The translations under genes were made by a program, and so were the position numbers. Below, one piece after another: positions 51,074-62,200 of a stretch of 64,000 nucleotides of DNA. Location of the stretch: positions 10,416,001 through 10,480,000 of the forward strand of contig CM106585.1 of the NCBI GenBank assembly GCA_048013815.1, given 5' to 3'. The notes under the pieces were generated by a model. It was not told where the DNA came from, made no database searches, and worked only from the letters and a program-made list of their open reading frames with translations. This stretch comes from Setoptus koraiensis. Its lineage: Eukaryota > Animalia > Arthropoda. The number at the start of each line of letters is the position of its first letter. The stretch's first letter is position 1.

Positions 51074-53208
51074 CAAAAGCAACTAAATACCCAACATTGA
51101 CATAATGACATTATGTAACAACGCCTCTGGTGGCAGCGCCATTCATTTAAATGAGGCTCGGCCGGGTTGCGAGTGTCGCCCAATATGCGCGCCGACGCAC
51201 GTTAGCCGGCGATAGTAATACGATATCGATGCATATAGTGTCATTACAAAAACTGTCGGTGTGTAACTAGAACGCGTCATCTCAAATTGGCGAGCTCGTG
51301 CGCGAGCTGGCCCCATAATTGAGGCGCATATGAGGCCGGCTAGTCGGGCCTCAGTCGCGGCATTGGCATGGGTCCGGCTCGCGGCGACGGTAATCAGATA
51401 GCTGGTGGCACCGTTTGGGCGAGTGGCCAGTAATGACGAGACAAGAATTCGTTGCAAATTAATGAGCGACAACAATGTAAATTGTTGAAGAATCAAGAAT
51501 TGTTCTCGGCTGGCCTGTTGAATTGGCCCCAACGCATCAGCTCAACTGACATGGGCCGATGTGTGTGTCATCATTATAATAATTTCACAATTTATACAAA
51601 GTTTACAATTCAGTTACTGTGCCGGCACCGTTGGCGGCCCCCTCCAACGGTCATATTGACGCTGCAACTGTTCCTACGTTGCGTGTTGTCATGAGGCAGC
51701 ACTTCCGGTCTAAATTGAACGGCCCACGGGGGCACGGGCAAGATTTCTGCGCGACATGTGACTGGTTTTGCTCAGCGACAGACTGTGGACTCGAATTTTA
51801 ATTTTGAAACATGTCGTGCGCTATGTAAATTAGTATTCGAGACTGGCCAGTCGTGATTCGGCGTGATCCGATGACGATTCGACAATTCGAATCGATGATT
51901 GCGAGCGCTGCGAATCGATGATTGCGAACACTGCGAACGTCGCCAATTGAATGAACAGCCCACAAGAGGCCGAAGCGAGGACAGAGCTGGACAGAGAGAG
52001 ACTTGAACAAAATTTGACCACTGTAATGATTATGTTGCATATTGCGCTATTACATAACGTTTGTTTGCTCGGTCCACTAATGATGGACGACAGCGGCAGC
52101 AGCGTAATGACGCAATGGTCAGTGCAATATGGTCACTTTGATACTCACTGGGCGAGTTCACTTTTCAGTTTAGTTTCACTTTTCACTTTTTACTTTTGTG
52201 TGTGATAAAAAGTGGTTCGATAAAGATCCGATAGGGATGATGATGGACAAGTTTCAAATGTCACGCCGGCCCGGCCGACGGTGGCGTAACGTTCGGTGAG
52301 ATTGCCTAATGATGGCACCAGCAACCACGGTAATGGTTTCAACAACAATGCAAATGGGGCCCGACCATGCAAGACTTTCGCTTGCTCGACAGCTGATTGC
52401 TTGCTTGTGTCGTCGGACAACAAAACTTGCTTGTGTCGTCCGGCAAACCGAGCAACCAACAACAAATGACTCACTGAGTGAAGGGGGCGCTGAAACAGGA
52501 GCATTACAGCAGCGTTGGGGGGGGGGCAAGAACAAGATTGAGAATTTTAAATTCAAATTTGCGCCAACGGGGCGCTTGATTGTTGGCGCTGCGACAACAT
52601 AATGACGTAACTGTCGTTTGTCTGCATCGATTCAATTGTGTTGGTCATTAGTTGTCGTCGTTTCTTTGTTTTCTTCATCGGATCGCCGTCCACTGGGCCG
52701 TCCATTTGAGTATCCGTTTGAGTGTCCGTTCGAGTGTCCGTTTGAGTGTCCATCGGAGTATCATCGGAAATTCGAGCATTCATTTGAGTATTATCGTGGC
52801 CTATAATCGCGCTCCCGTTGCCAACAAACTCAACCTTTGCACCAAAAGTCTGTGTGTGTGTTTATTTCAAAACTCGTTACGCAACTTACGCAACCTACAC
52901 GAGTTACGCAATAGCTGATTTGGCCAGATTTGCCGGCCGGTGTTTCGAGTGTCCGATTTTGACTGCGTGTCAACTGATGAAATATAAATATTATCAAGCA
53001 TTAAGTGTTTGGCCGGTTGCATTGTGTGCCACGAGCCGCTGGATATCACGAGCGGCCACTATTCATGAATATGTTGACCGACTTGCCGGATAGATCGAAC
53101 GAGAGTTGTTGTCCTATAAACGAGTTGTCACAGTTGAATAAGTATTATGTAAATAACAATTATTCAACATTTGCGCTCAACTGTTCGCGCCCGCCAAATG
53201 ATACCCGG

Positions 53209-53303
53209 GCCACCTTTTTCGAAGCCACCTTTTTCGAAGCCACCTTTTTCGAAGCTCCCCCTTTCGAAGCCGGCCTTTGTGGAGCCGGCCTTTGTGGGGC
53301 CCC
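53209..53303. repeat. 15-bp graded minisatellite GCCACCTTTTTCGAA drifting to GCCGGCCTTTGTGGG, 6 copies
   Basis: Units at 53209, 53224, 53239, 53254, 53269 and 53284, with progressive divergence. Confidence 0.85.
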
Positions 53304-56300
53304 TCTCTCGCAGTCGGCGAGTGCCAGTTCGGTGAGACGCGCGCAGCAGGTTGCACGAGGGCCGAATGTTTAATGCATGATGCCGGCATCGGTTGCCACT
53401 TGTTTTTTGCGCCAAGTTTTGTGCTGGCCCGCGTGTGACAAGTGACAACAACTAAAACTGAGAAAGCTCGCTAACGAAAAATTGGTGTGGCCCCCTGCGC
53501 AATTTAGTTACGTAATGACGTCACAATGGCGCCAGTTCATTGTGTGTCAATTGTTTGCACGAGCTCGTGCACGAGACGCGCGTGTTGTAATTTACTTTTA
53601 AACTGACTTGGCCGCCAGAGTTGACACTTCTTTTGTTCTGTCTTTGGCGTGCATTATCGGCTGGCCTCAGTCAGTGTGGCCAGGCTCGCCAATGGGATAA
53701 TGCGCGCCACGTGCCCACAAGGCCAATCTATTGTGTCCGTTAGTTTGTTTGCATGGTTGCGAGGTGTTGATGGTCAGCGCGCGACCTATAAATGCTGCTC
53801 TGGCGAATTTCAACGTGTCGTTCAACTGGGGCCCGCGCCAATTCGGCCGCTGGCACATGGGTGATGCGCCAGTGAAAAGTAGCAATAACAAGGGCGCAAT
53901 TTTGAATATTGTAAGCGGAGATTGCATGATTAATCCATTAGAGGCTCCATTATTCTTATCTCAGGCGCACACACTGGGCGCTCATCATTACAGCATTAAC
54001 AAACATTAACAAACACTGCCCACGCCAGCATTCACAATATATATTTGTATAAATAGAAGGGGCCAGCGTACAAACAATATAAATATCCGAGCGCAACACA
54101 TCCTATATTGCGGCTCTCATACCCGGCCTCATGACCGCTCAGATTTATTCCGACTGCTCGTCCCGACCGGCCCGTTAGCGCGTGCCGCGCGCCTATATGC
54201 TGGCCGCTCGTTGTCATGCGAGAAGATAAATAATATCTTGCATTTTTAAAACTGGGGGGGGGGGGGTGAAAGTTTCGCAAAATTTAAAGCAAAACCATTG
54301 ACCAGTTATTGTGCGCGATGCGATGTCCAGTTATTGCGCAAGATAAATAATGTGCCGCCGCCGCCGCTGCTGGCGCTGATGATGATGATGAAATACGTGA
54401 AAGTGTGAATACGCAACAAACTTCTTGGGGAACATCAGCTGGGGCCCGATCGCCCCCCCCCCTCAACTGGGCCAAATTTTGAGCACGCCAAAGTTTGGGC
54501 AACTTGAAGCAGTTTGGGCCCAATCTGGCGCAAACAAGCGGCGCGAATTTTGCACAGAATCGTGCCTTGTTGCGCGGGCCGCCTAACAAGCCAGCGGGCC
54601 AGTTTTCGGCTTGCGCGGCCCACCCAAACAACCGGTCAGTTGGGGGCCGCACGTGCGCTTGACGCGCGCATAATTGCCAGTTGTTTGCCCCAGCAAACAA
54701 CTGGCATTGTGAACGTTGAGCCAGTCCGAAAGTGGCCCCATTTTTAGCTGGCCAGCTTAAAAGAATAATGTAAAAATAATGATGAAACGCTGAATGAATA
54801 AGCAGCGACAAAACTGACCAACTGACCAACTGGCCGCTCTGGGCCAATCTAGGCGCGCGGCCAGCGACTTGTCGTTGCGTAATCATCTTTGTCTTGGATG
54901 GTAGTTGTTGTTGTTGCTGATGCGAGCAACTAGAGCGAGACAGCGCTGCCGTTCGCCGAGCAAACAATCGAACGCGTTGCGTAACAACGTTATATTCGCG
55001 GCGGACAGCCGGGCATTTAGCGCGCGTTTTGCAACTTTTACACTAAACTCAAAATAACAACAAAGACCCGTCGAACGCTCTAAATTGAAATCGATCCAAT
55101 CCCCTCTTTGTGTTCGTGCTGATGCCATTTGCATATCTCTCTTGCCGTGCTGTCAGAGCCTGTGAGTGTTGCGGCGCAAGTGAGAGATTTCGCGGCCCGA
55201 TTACCCGACGCCGGTTGCGTCAGTCGAGCGCGCTCGCACAAGCCCACCACCACCACCGACAACAACCACTACAACAACTACGTCTGCAACTACAACCACG
55301 ACTACAACTACAACAACAAGTACAGCATAGGCTACAATTTCGACAACAACAACAACAACAACAACGACAACGACAGCAACAACAACAACAACCACAACAA
55401 CGACAACAACAAATGCAGCAACTTTGCATGCAAATGTATAGGCCAATTATAGGACGAGCGGTGATTGTGTGCGAAAAGAAAAAACCGTGATTGAATAACG
55501 GCGAGCATGAGCCTGATCAGGGGCCCAGATAAGAGATAAGCGATGAGTTTGGGGCCGCATAAGTGCGCCTATAATGAACACTCGGCCAATCGGGCGGCCG
55601 CCTAATTACGATCGTGCACTCGCTTCGGGCCGGCGGGCCGGCCGGCCGGGTTACCCGACGTATCTGGCGGATCGAAGTGGAGCGGAGCGGATCGGGTCGG
55701 CGAGCGGGCAACTGGGCCGCTGGGCGAGTTGTTTGCTCGTTAAGTAGAGCAGCCAGTCATGAATCAACGCCGGCCTGATGAGTTCAAAACGAGTTGCAAA
55801 AAGTTTAAATGGCAGCGGCGCGAATCTCGGCCGGAATCCATTGCGCGCATTACATATACATGTATATATATTTGTAAATTGGAACACAAATCGAATATAT
55901 GCGAAATAGTTGGCGAAAAGTCTCACGTCTGTCGGGGCACAATTGAAATGAATGAATGAACTGACACAATAACGCCAACGCGATAATAACACATCGCCGA
56001 TGAATAACAACGATCGATGATAATCACAACGGCGCGAGTCGTGCGCGCATGCATAATTCTAATGGATAAAAGATAAAAATGAGCGAGGGAGCGACGGCGC
56101 CAATAATCAGGCCGACATGACGACTGGCTGCCATCGATTTGATATGATAAAATGGGGCCGAGAGGTGCGAATTGTTGTTGCGAGTTGTTGTTGCGAGTTG
56201 TTGCTGCGAATTGTTGTTGTTGCGAATTGTTGTTGTTGGAGCGTCGCGATGCGCCACGCGCAAAATGGGGCCCACGCTGTCATCTATCAGCAGGCAGCGC

Positions 56301-57564
56301 TATGCAAAGTGTATAGGGCTGGCGAACGGGGCTGGGGGCTGGGGGGAACCGCTCACAGAGCGCCCCAATTCTCAGAGGAAATGGGGCCGCATTAGCGGAG
56401 ATAAATGAATTAAATAAATGAACAGTGTGCGCATATCTTGAGAAAATCTTTGCACGATGATGAAGATAAGAGCGCCAGCGAGCGAGCCATATAGGCCCGG
56501 CCATTAGATGGGGCGCACTTGTTTTTGCACGCCTGACAGACAGATAAACAGATAAACGGATAACTAGCGCGCGATGCTGATTATGTGCATTAGCGAGCGG
56601 CGGCCCCAGCTCGACAACGGCGACGCCACCGACGACGACGCCAACAGCAACGACAGCAACGACAGCAACGCCAACAACGACGACGGCGACGACGGCGACG
56701 ACAACAACGACAATGATGCACAACATAACGGTAATGAACGACAACAATGCACGAGATAACTTGATTTGGCGCTACGTGGCGCACCGCGTGCCACGCGCGT
56801 ATTGCCTATATGGTGCTGCCATTACTGTCACTAGTGCCGTTGAGCTATTTTGGGCACTGAGGCCCGCGATAACCCGGCGACGATATTTGCGGGCCCGAGA
56901 GCGTGGGCGCGGGGCGACATCTATATTGCACTATTATAGACCGTTCATTTATGCTCCATTGATTGGCCTGGCGCTGCCTATAACCAGCTGATAACAGCAC
57001 GATAACGCGCGCTGTTACATAACACTGTTACGAAACACGTGGCATATTGGGTTGTGCAATTGTGACCGGTCGACCAAAACTGACCAGTGCTCATGGCAGC
57101 CGCGCCGCCTCACATGGCCACTGTGCCAAGTGGCACAAGTGGCAGCTGCTTGATTGAAAGCGCCACTTGCGCTTTAATTGAATTGGCCCTGATTTTGGCC
57201 ACAATTTAGCGCTCGCCATTCACACATGCTCTAATTAAGGGGCCGCGCGCAGATCGCCTATCGGTCATTGGCCGGCTGCGGCCCGCTCCATGCCCACCGG
57301 ACAGGGCACACGCGACGGCCCGTTGAATGGCGCAATTGACTGATGGGCACCGGGTGACCGGTGCACTGAACGGTATGATAAATAAATACAATCAATAAAT
57401 AAATGCAATCACAGCGACGCAAACGCAACAAAACGCAACCGTTACCTAACACTCTCACCTTTGCGTGCCGGTCGCATCTGTTTGCGTCGGCACACATTGC
57501 GCTTTGCCGGCGATTGCCAGCGATCGCCAGCGATCGCCGTGGCCCCACAAACAATGGCCGCAGC

Positions 57565-57565
<1 letters not shown>

Positions 57566-57600
<35 letters not shown>
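57566..57600. repeat. (GA)n microsatellite
   Basis: Read directly. Confidence 0.9.
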
Positions 57601-57605
<5 letters not shown>

Positions 57606-60018
57606 TGACCTCTGGCGCACGAACTGAATAGATGTGCAGATTGTGCAAACAAAGCGCGCACCGTTACGCGGCCGCTCGTGGCGAACGCGCGCTGTTGCGC
57701 CACGAGCCACGCAGCCACGCAACGGCGGCCACGTAACGGCGGCCACGAGCAGGTCGCTGTCGCAATGGAAACGGGACTCGCGGTCGCTGTCGCGTCCGAT
57801 TCGAACGGCCAGCGCGAGCGGCGAACGCGAACGGCGATTTCGAGCGGCGATTTGATACATTCAGTGTCTGGCGCACATAAATAAAACAAACACGAGTTGC
57901 GGCGTGCGTCGGTCAGCTCGGGCCGGCCCAACCTTTGGCCAGTCACGACGTTCGCGTGATTCTGTGCCGCGCACGCTGTGGTCGCGAGCGGTCGAGCCGG
58001 AACGCGCAGCGCCGACCGAAGCGCCGACCGAAGCGCCGACCGAAGCGCCGACCGAAGCGCTGCCCTCAGAAGGCCGGATGAGGCGGCACGCAACACGTTG
58101 CAGTGTCGGCCTCGTGGTCTCGTGTTGGCCAGCGCGTGCTTGCGCCCTTGTCAGGCTGCGCGCTCACCTTGGCCGGCGCCGGCGGGTGAGCGCGTGCCGA
58201 TCGGCGCGCGTTGTGGCCTCACTTGAACAGGACGCGGCACAACAAGTACGCAACTGTTGGCCAGTGATCCATCTTATGTAAAGGTAACTGTAGCTCATGT
58301 AACGGCGACTTGTGCAACGGCGACTTATGTAACAGCGGCTCAAACTTGTGTAACGGCCACTGATAATGAGCGGCCCGCTTATCAATTATCGGCTATCTGG
58401 CATTGTGATAGATGACACATGCGACTGCGTTGCGTCAATCGCCCCGCTACCGTTATTATTTTTCACTTTATGGCTGCGCGATTCGCTGTCGCTTGAGCCG
58501 GCGCCATCATGTGACCGCTACCCGATCATGGGGCCGCTACGCGATCATGGGGCCGCCATAAGATCGCGGGGCCCGCTGCAAGATCGTGGGGCCGCTATGC
58601 GATCGTGCGCCAGTGGCCAGAGTGCAGGGCGGCGGGCCAAACAAACGAAAAGTTTTGTCTGAAATTTTGTCGCCACGCTCATTTTGGCGCACCGGTGCCC
58701 GCGCGACACCGACACCGCCGGCCCCACTGGCGCAACAATGACGGGCCCAACAATGACAGGCCCAACAATGACGCAACAGCCGCGGCACCGTGCGCGGCAC
58801 ACGACCAACGGCAACAGTAGTGAGCACAAGTGACGCAATATACGCAACGACCGTTATTATTTTAGAGCGCGGTGCACGCGCTATTTTGTACAAATAATCG
58901 CACAAAAATTGTGCAAAACGCGCATGCAAAATGCCAAAATGCATGCAAAATGGCGAAATCGGCATGCAAAACCAGACAGAGGAGAAAAATTGAAAATTGT
59001 TTGCTGATTGCGTCGTCGCGGGCACGTTCAGTGTGAGTGGCCATTCTGGTGGCCATTGTAATCCGGTCGGCGCTGCGGCGATAACGCGAGCGGCGACAAG
59101 ATGTTGCGCGCGAGTGTAAATAAATAATCATTTGAAATACTTAGCGCAGCTGTCGGCGTTGTCGTGACGCAACAGCAACAACTCATAATCGCAATCTAGT
59201 GATCGGTGTCACATTGTGCCGGCTCGCGCCGACCGTTCGCAGCGTTCGAAGCGTTCGAAGCTTTCGCAGCGTTCGGGGCGCTCGCGCCACCGGCCACTGA
59301 GATCGCCGGTGCGATGGTAGCTGGCACACGAGCGCCGATTGGGCACTTTTAACAAAACGAGGCAAACGTTTTTTAGCAGCTCGTGCTCGTTGGGGCGCCG
59401 GCCCGACACCGCAAAACAAATTCATTCATGCTTTGCCGGCGTGCGTTACCGTTCACCGTTGAGATTAGCGCCAGGTGCTGGCGCGCCGGACACCACAATC
59501 TACATCGCGCAACAGAGTTAATGCTTTGAATACTGTTGTTGTTGTTGTTGTTGCTGCTGTTGTTGCTGTTGGCGCCCCCGGTGACAACGCACACCGACTG
59601 TCGGCGGGCCGGTGCGACACGGTGCCCGCTCAACGGTGGCCCAGATTGAATTGTTTGAACGAAAAGCATCATTATGACGCAACAACTGGCGCTGACAAAA
59701 GGTTGCGCCTGCCACTTGAGTAGGTGGCGCTCGACAGCCAGCAAGTGAGCAGTGATGCAGAGCAAAATAAATCATCAACTTGATCAAATGATGCTGCTCG
59801 CACACGATCATTTGATTAATCATCGCCCCCATCGCGTTCGCATCATTACTTCCGGTCCGCTCACAGCGCAACTTTAGTGAGTGCGCACTTTTAGTTGTTA
59901 CACTTTTGCACTTACCTCACAGTTTTCTCGAATGATGATTGTTCTGACACACAGTGTTGTTGTTGGTGGCGTGTCAAACACGCCACCGCCACCAACACCA
60001 CCACCAACAACAACAACG

Positions 60019-60059
<41 letters not shown>

Positions 60060-60410
60060 GGCCCCACTTCCGCCACGGGCAGACAATGCAGTGCGCATTG
60101 TGTGCTGTGGCCAACGGGTTGAATGAAGTGGAAGCGGCCCCCGTAAGCAGATATGTGGCTCATCGTGGTTATTGTTGGCGATTATTCGTGCCAGTCGACA
60201 ACAACAGTCATTAGGCCATTGTTAGCCACTGTGAGAGCTGGCGCTTAATCCGGCCCGATAATCGCCGCATAAAATCGGGGCCAGCGCACCCACGCCAGCT
60301 GCCCGCCCCCCCCCCCTGCTTATGCAAATGAGCGCCCCTGTGCGAAACGGCCTGCCTATAGAGGCCGGCGCCAGCGGTGTACTTGTTATAGGCGAATCTG
60401 GTACAACTGG

Positions 60411-60416
60411 TTTATT
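60411..60416 (-). terminator. Candidate polyadenylation signal for SDH
   Basis: Plus-strand TTTATT = AATAAA on the minus strand, about 105 nt past the SDH stop. Confidence 0.4.
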
Positions 60417-60521
60417 CGGCTCTCTATCACGTAACAATAAAATCAAATGACATCAAATGGCATGCTGATTGTATATGAATAAACAGAGCAGTAGCGATAA
60501 TAATTAGCTGTTGCATCAGTT

Positions 60522-61903
60522 CTACTCTTGAGCTGGCTGGTTTTGTGTCTGCACGCCCACGACATTGCCGTTGATTTCCGGTTGCTTGACCGTCGCCGCA
60601 ATTCCGTTAGTTGCTTCACCGTTTACCTGAGCGGCCTGTTCGGGCTGTGAGGCTGTGCCGTTGGGCACAAGCTGAGCCGCTGACTCACTTTCGTCTACGC
60701 ACTTAATTAGGATCTTGACTCCCTCGGCACGCAAACAAGTCTCAAATGCCAACTGTGCCTGTTCCAGTGTGAATCTGTGCGTGATGAGCGGCTTCAAATT
60801 GATCTTGCCAGCCGCCACCAATTTTAGTGCCAACGGGTAACAGTTCCGGTAGCGGAACACGCCCTTTATGTCAATCTCTTGTATGAGTGCGGTCATCATG
60901 GGTACGGTCACCTGATCGGGTTGGCAGCCGACGCACACTATGGTGCCCCCAACGGCGGCGCTGTTAATGGCCAAATGAATGGATGATTCCGCTCCGCTGC
61001 ATTCGAGAGCAACATTCACGCCTTGGCCCTCCCTCGACTCGGACTTAATTAGCGCGGCCAGTTCCGCCGGGCTAGTTTTGCGCTCTACCAGGTAGGTTCG
61101 TGTGGCGCCCAGTGCGCGCGCTGTCGCTAGTCGGCTCTCTTGCACGTCGGTCACCACAATGTCGCTCGCTCCGAATGCCTTGGCTGTCAGCATGCACAAC
61201 AGTCCGACGGCGCCCGCTCCGCACACCAGAACACTGTCGTCGATTCCGACGGGCGCCCGCTGGCAGGCGTGAACGGCCACCGCGAGCGGTTCCAAGAGGG
61301 CACCCTCCTCGAGTGACACGCAGTCGGGTAGCCTGTCGGGTAAGGTCGGGGGGTATGCGGGGGCGTGCAAGAAGGGGAGAAACAAGAGGCAAGGGTCAAT
61401 GGATATGGCAAAAGTTGCAAAAACATTGGGCTCTGCAATTGGACATATATAGTTGGTTGGACGGGTACTCACTTGAAGCAAAAGGCCGCCGGGTGGTTGA
61501 AGTAGCGGGTCAGGGTGCCGTCGTAGGGCGGCGTTGCCGCGAACGCCATATCCTCGCACAGGTTGTATTTGCCGTTGCGGCATCTCGAGCACATTGAGCA
61601 GGGCACACCCACCTCGGCGGCTACCTTGTCGCCGGGCTTGAGGTTCTTGACATTGGCGCCCACCTCAATGACAACGGCGCTCGTTTCGTGTCCCAAAATC
61701 ATTGGCTTCTTCAATATAAAGCTACCTATTTTGCCCTGCTGCCAATACTTGACGTCCGATCCGCAAATGCCCACGGTGTGGGTGGCCAGGGTGACCTCAT
61801 TGGGTTTTGGTTTGTCGGGCAGGGGCCGTTGTTCGAGTTGCATTCGTTGGGGCTCGTGTAATACCAGAGTTAAATTGCACTTGTTTGCCTTGTCTGTTGC
61901 CAT
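60522..61903 (-). CDS. SORD: Sorbitol dehydrogenase (Zn-dependent medium-chain dehydrogenase); exons 61903..61473 and 61332..60522; 413 aa
   Basis: Catalytic-Zn motifs VGICGSD and LGHE, structural-Zn cluster CSMCSRC...NLC, and the SDH-typical FAATPPYDGTL. The splice joins FCFK|LPDCVSLEEGALLEP. NAD-binding VCGAGAVG, then GVFRYRNCYP, LITHRF and VKILIKC. Spliced length is 1242 nt = 413 codons + stop. Confidence 0.95.
61333..61472 (-). other. 140-nt GT-AG intron of SDH (phase 2)
   Basis: Donor AA|GTGAGT and acceptor CCTTACCCGACAG|G. Removal restores AAG (Lys) and a colinear SDH alignment. Confidence 0.9.
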
Positions 61904-62130
61904 TTTTCTATTTATATTAGATATATGTTTTGTAATAATTTAGCTTTTTTGATAATTAGACAATTGATTGCTGGTAATAATTGGAGTATTATTAGATATA
62001 TTGATTTTCACTTGATTTAAATGTTTAAAGTAGCACTGGTGTAACAATTGTCCGCTGAGTTTGTACGCGCTGCGTTTAACCTTTACGAGCTGGCTGTTGT
62101 GTGACTTTTGCGTATGAGATACTGTGATAT

Positions 62131-62138
62131 ATTGTTGC

Positions 62139-62190
<52 letters not shown>

Positions 62191-62200
62191 GCTGTTGTCG
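62131..62200. repeat. (GTT)n microsatellite in the SDH-GMC intergenic region
   Basis: Read directly; a complex (CAA/CAG/CGA)n tract also occurs at about 63585-63705. Confidence 0.9.

Noticed and set aside
55250-55420. Degenerate (AAC)n tract that reads as N/Y-rich prion-like, polyQ or poly-Thr peptides
   Set aside because: All three frames look 'coding' for the same reason, microsatellite decay. The Thr frame is bounded by stops and has no ATG.
3250-60400. Transposable elements / MITEs
   Set aside because: I saw no transposase or RT ORF, and no element bounded by TIRs plus target-site duplications or present in dispersed long copies. A RepeatModeler library search would be needed to exclude old fragments.
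60522-61592. 356-aa ORF-track entry as a stand-alone protein
   Set aside because: Its N-terminus is the wrong frame of exon 1 plus the intron; only 61332..60522 is real SDH exon 2.
61873-61884. miR-92-like AATTGCACTTGT
   Set aside because: It lies antisense within SDH exon 1 and has no hairpin.
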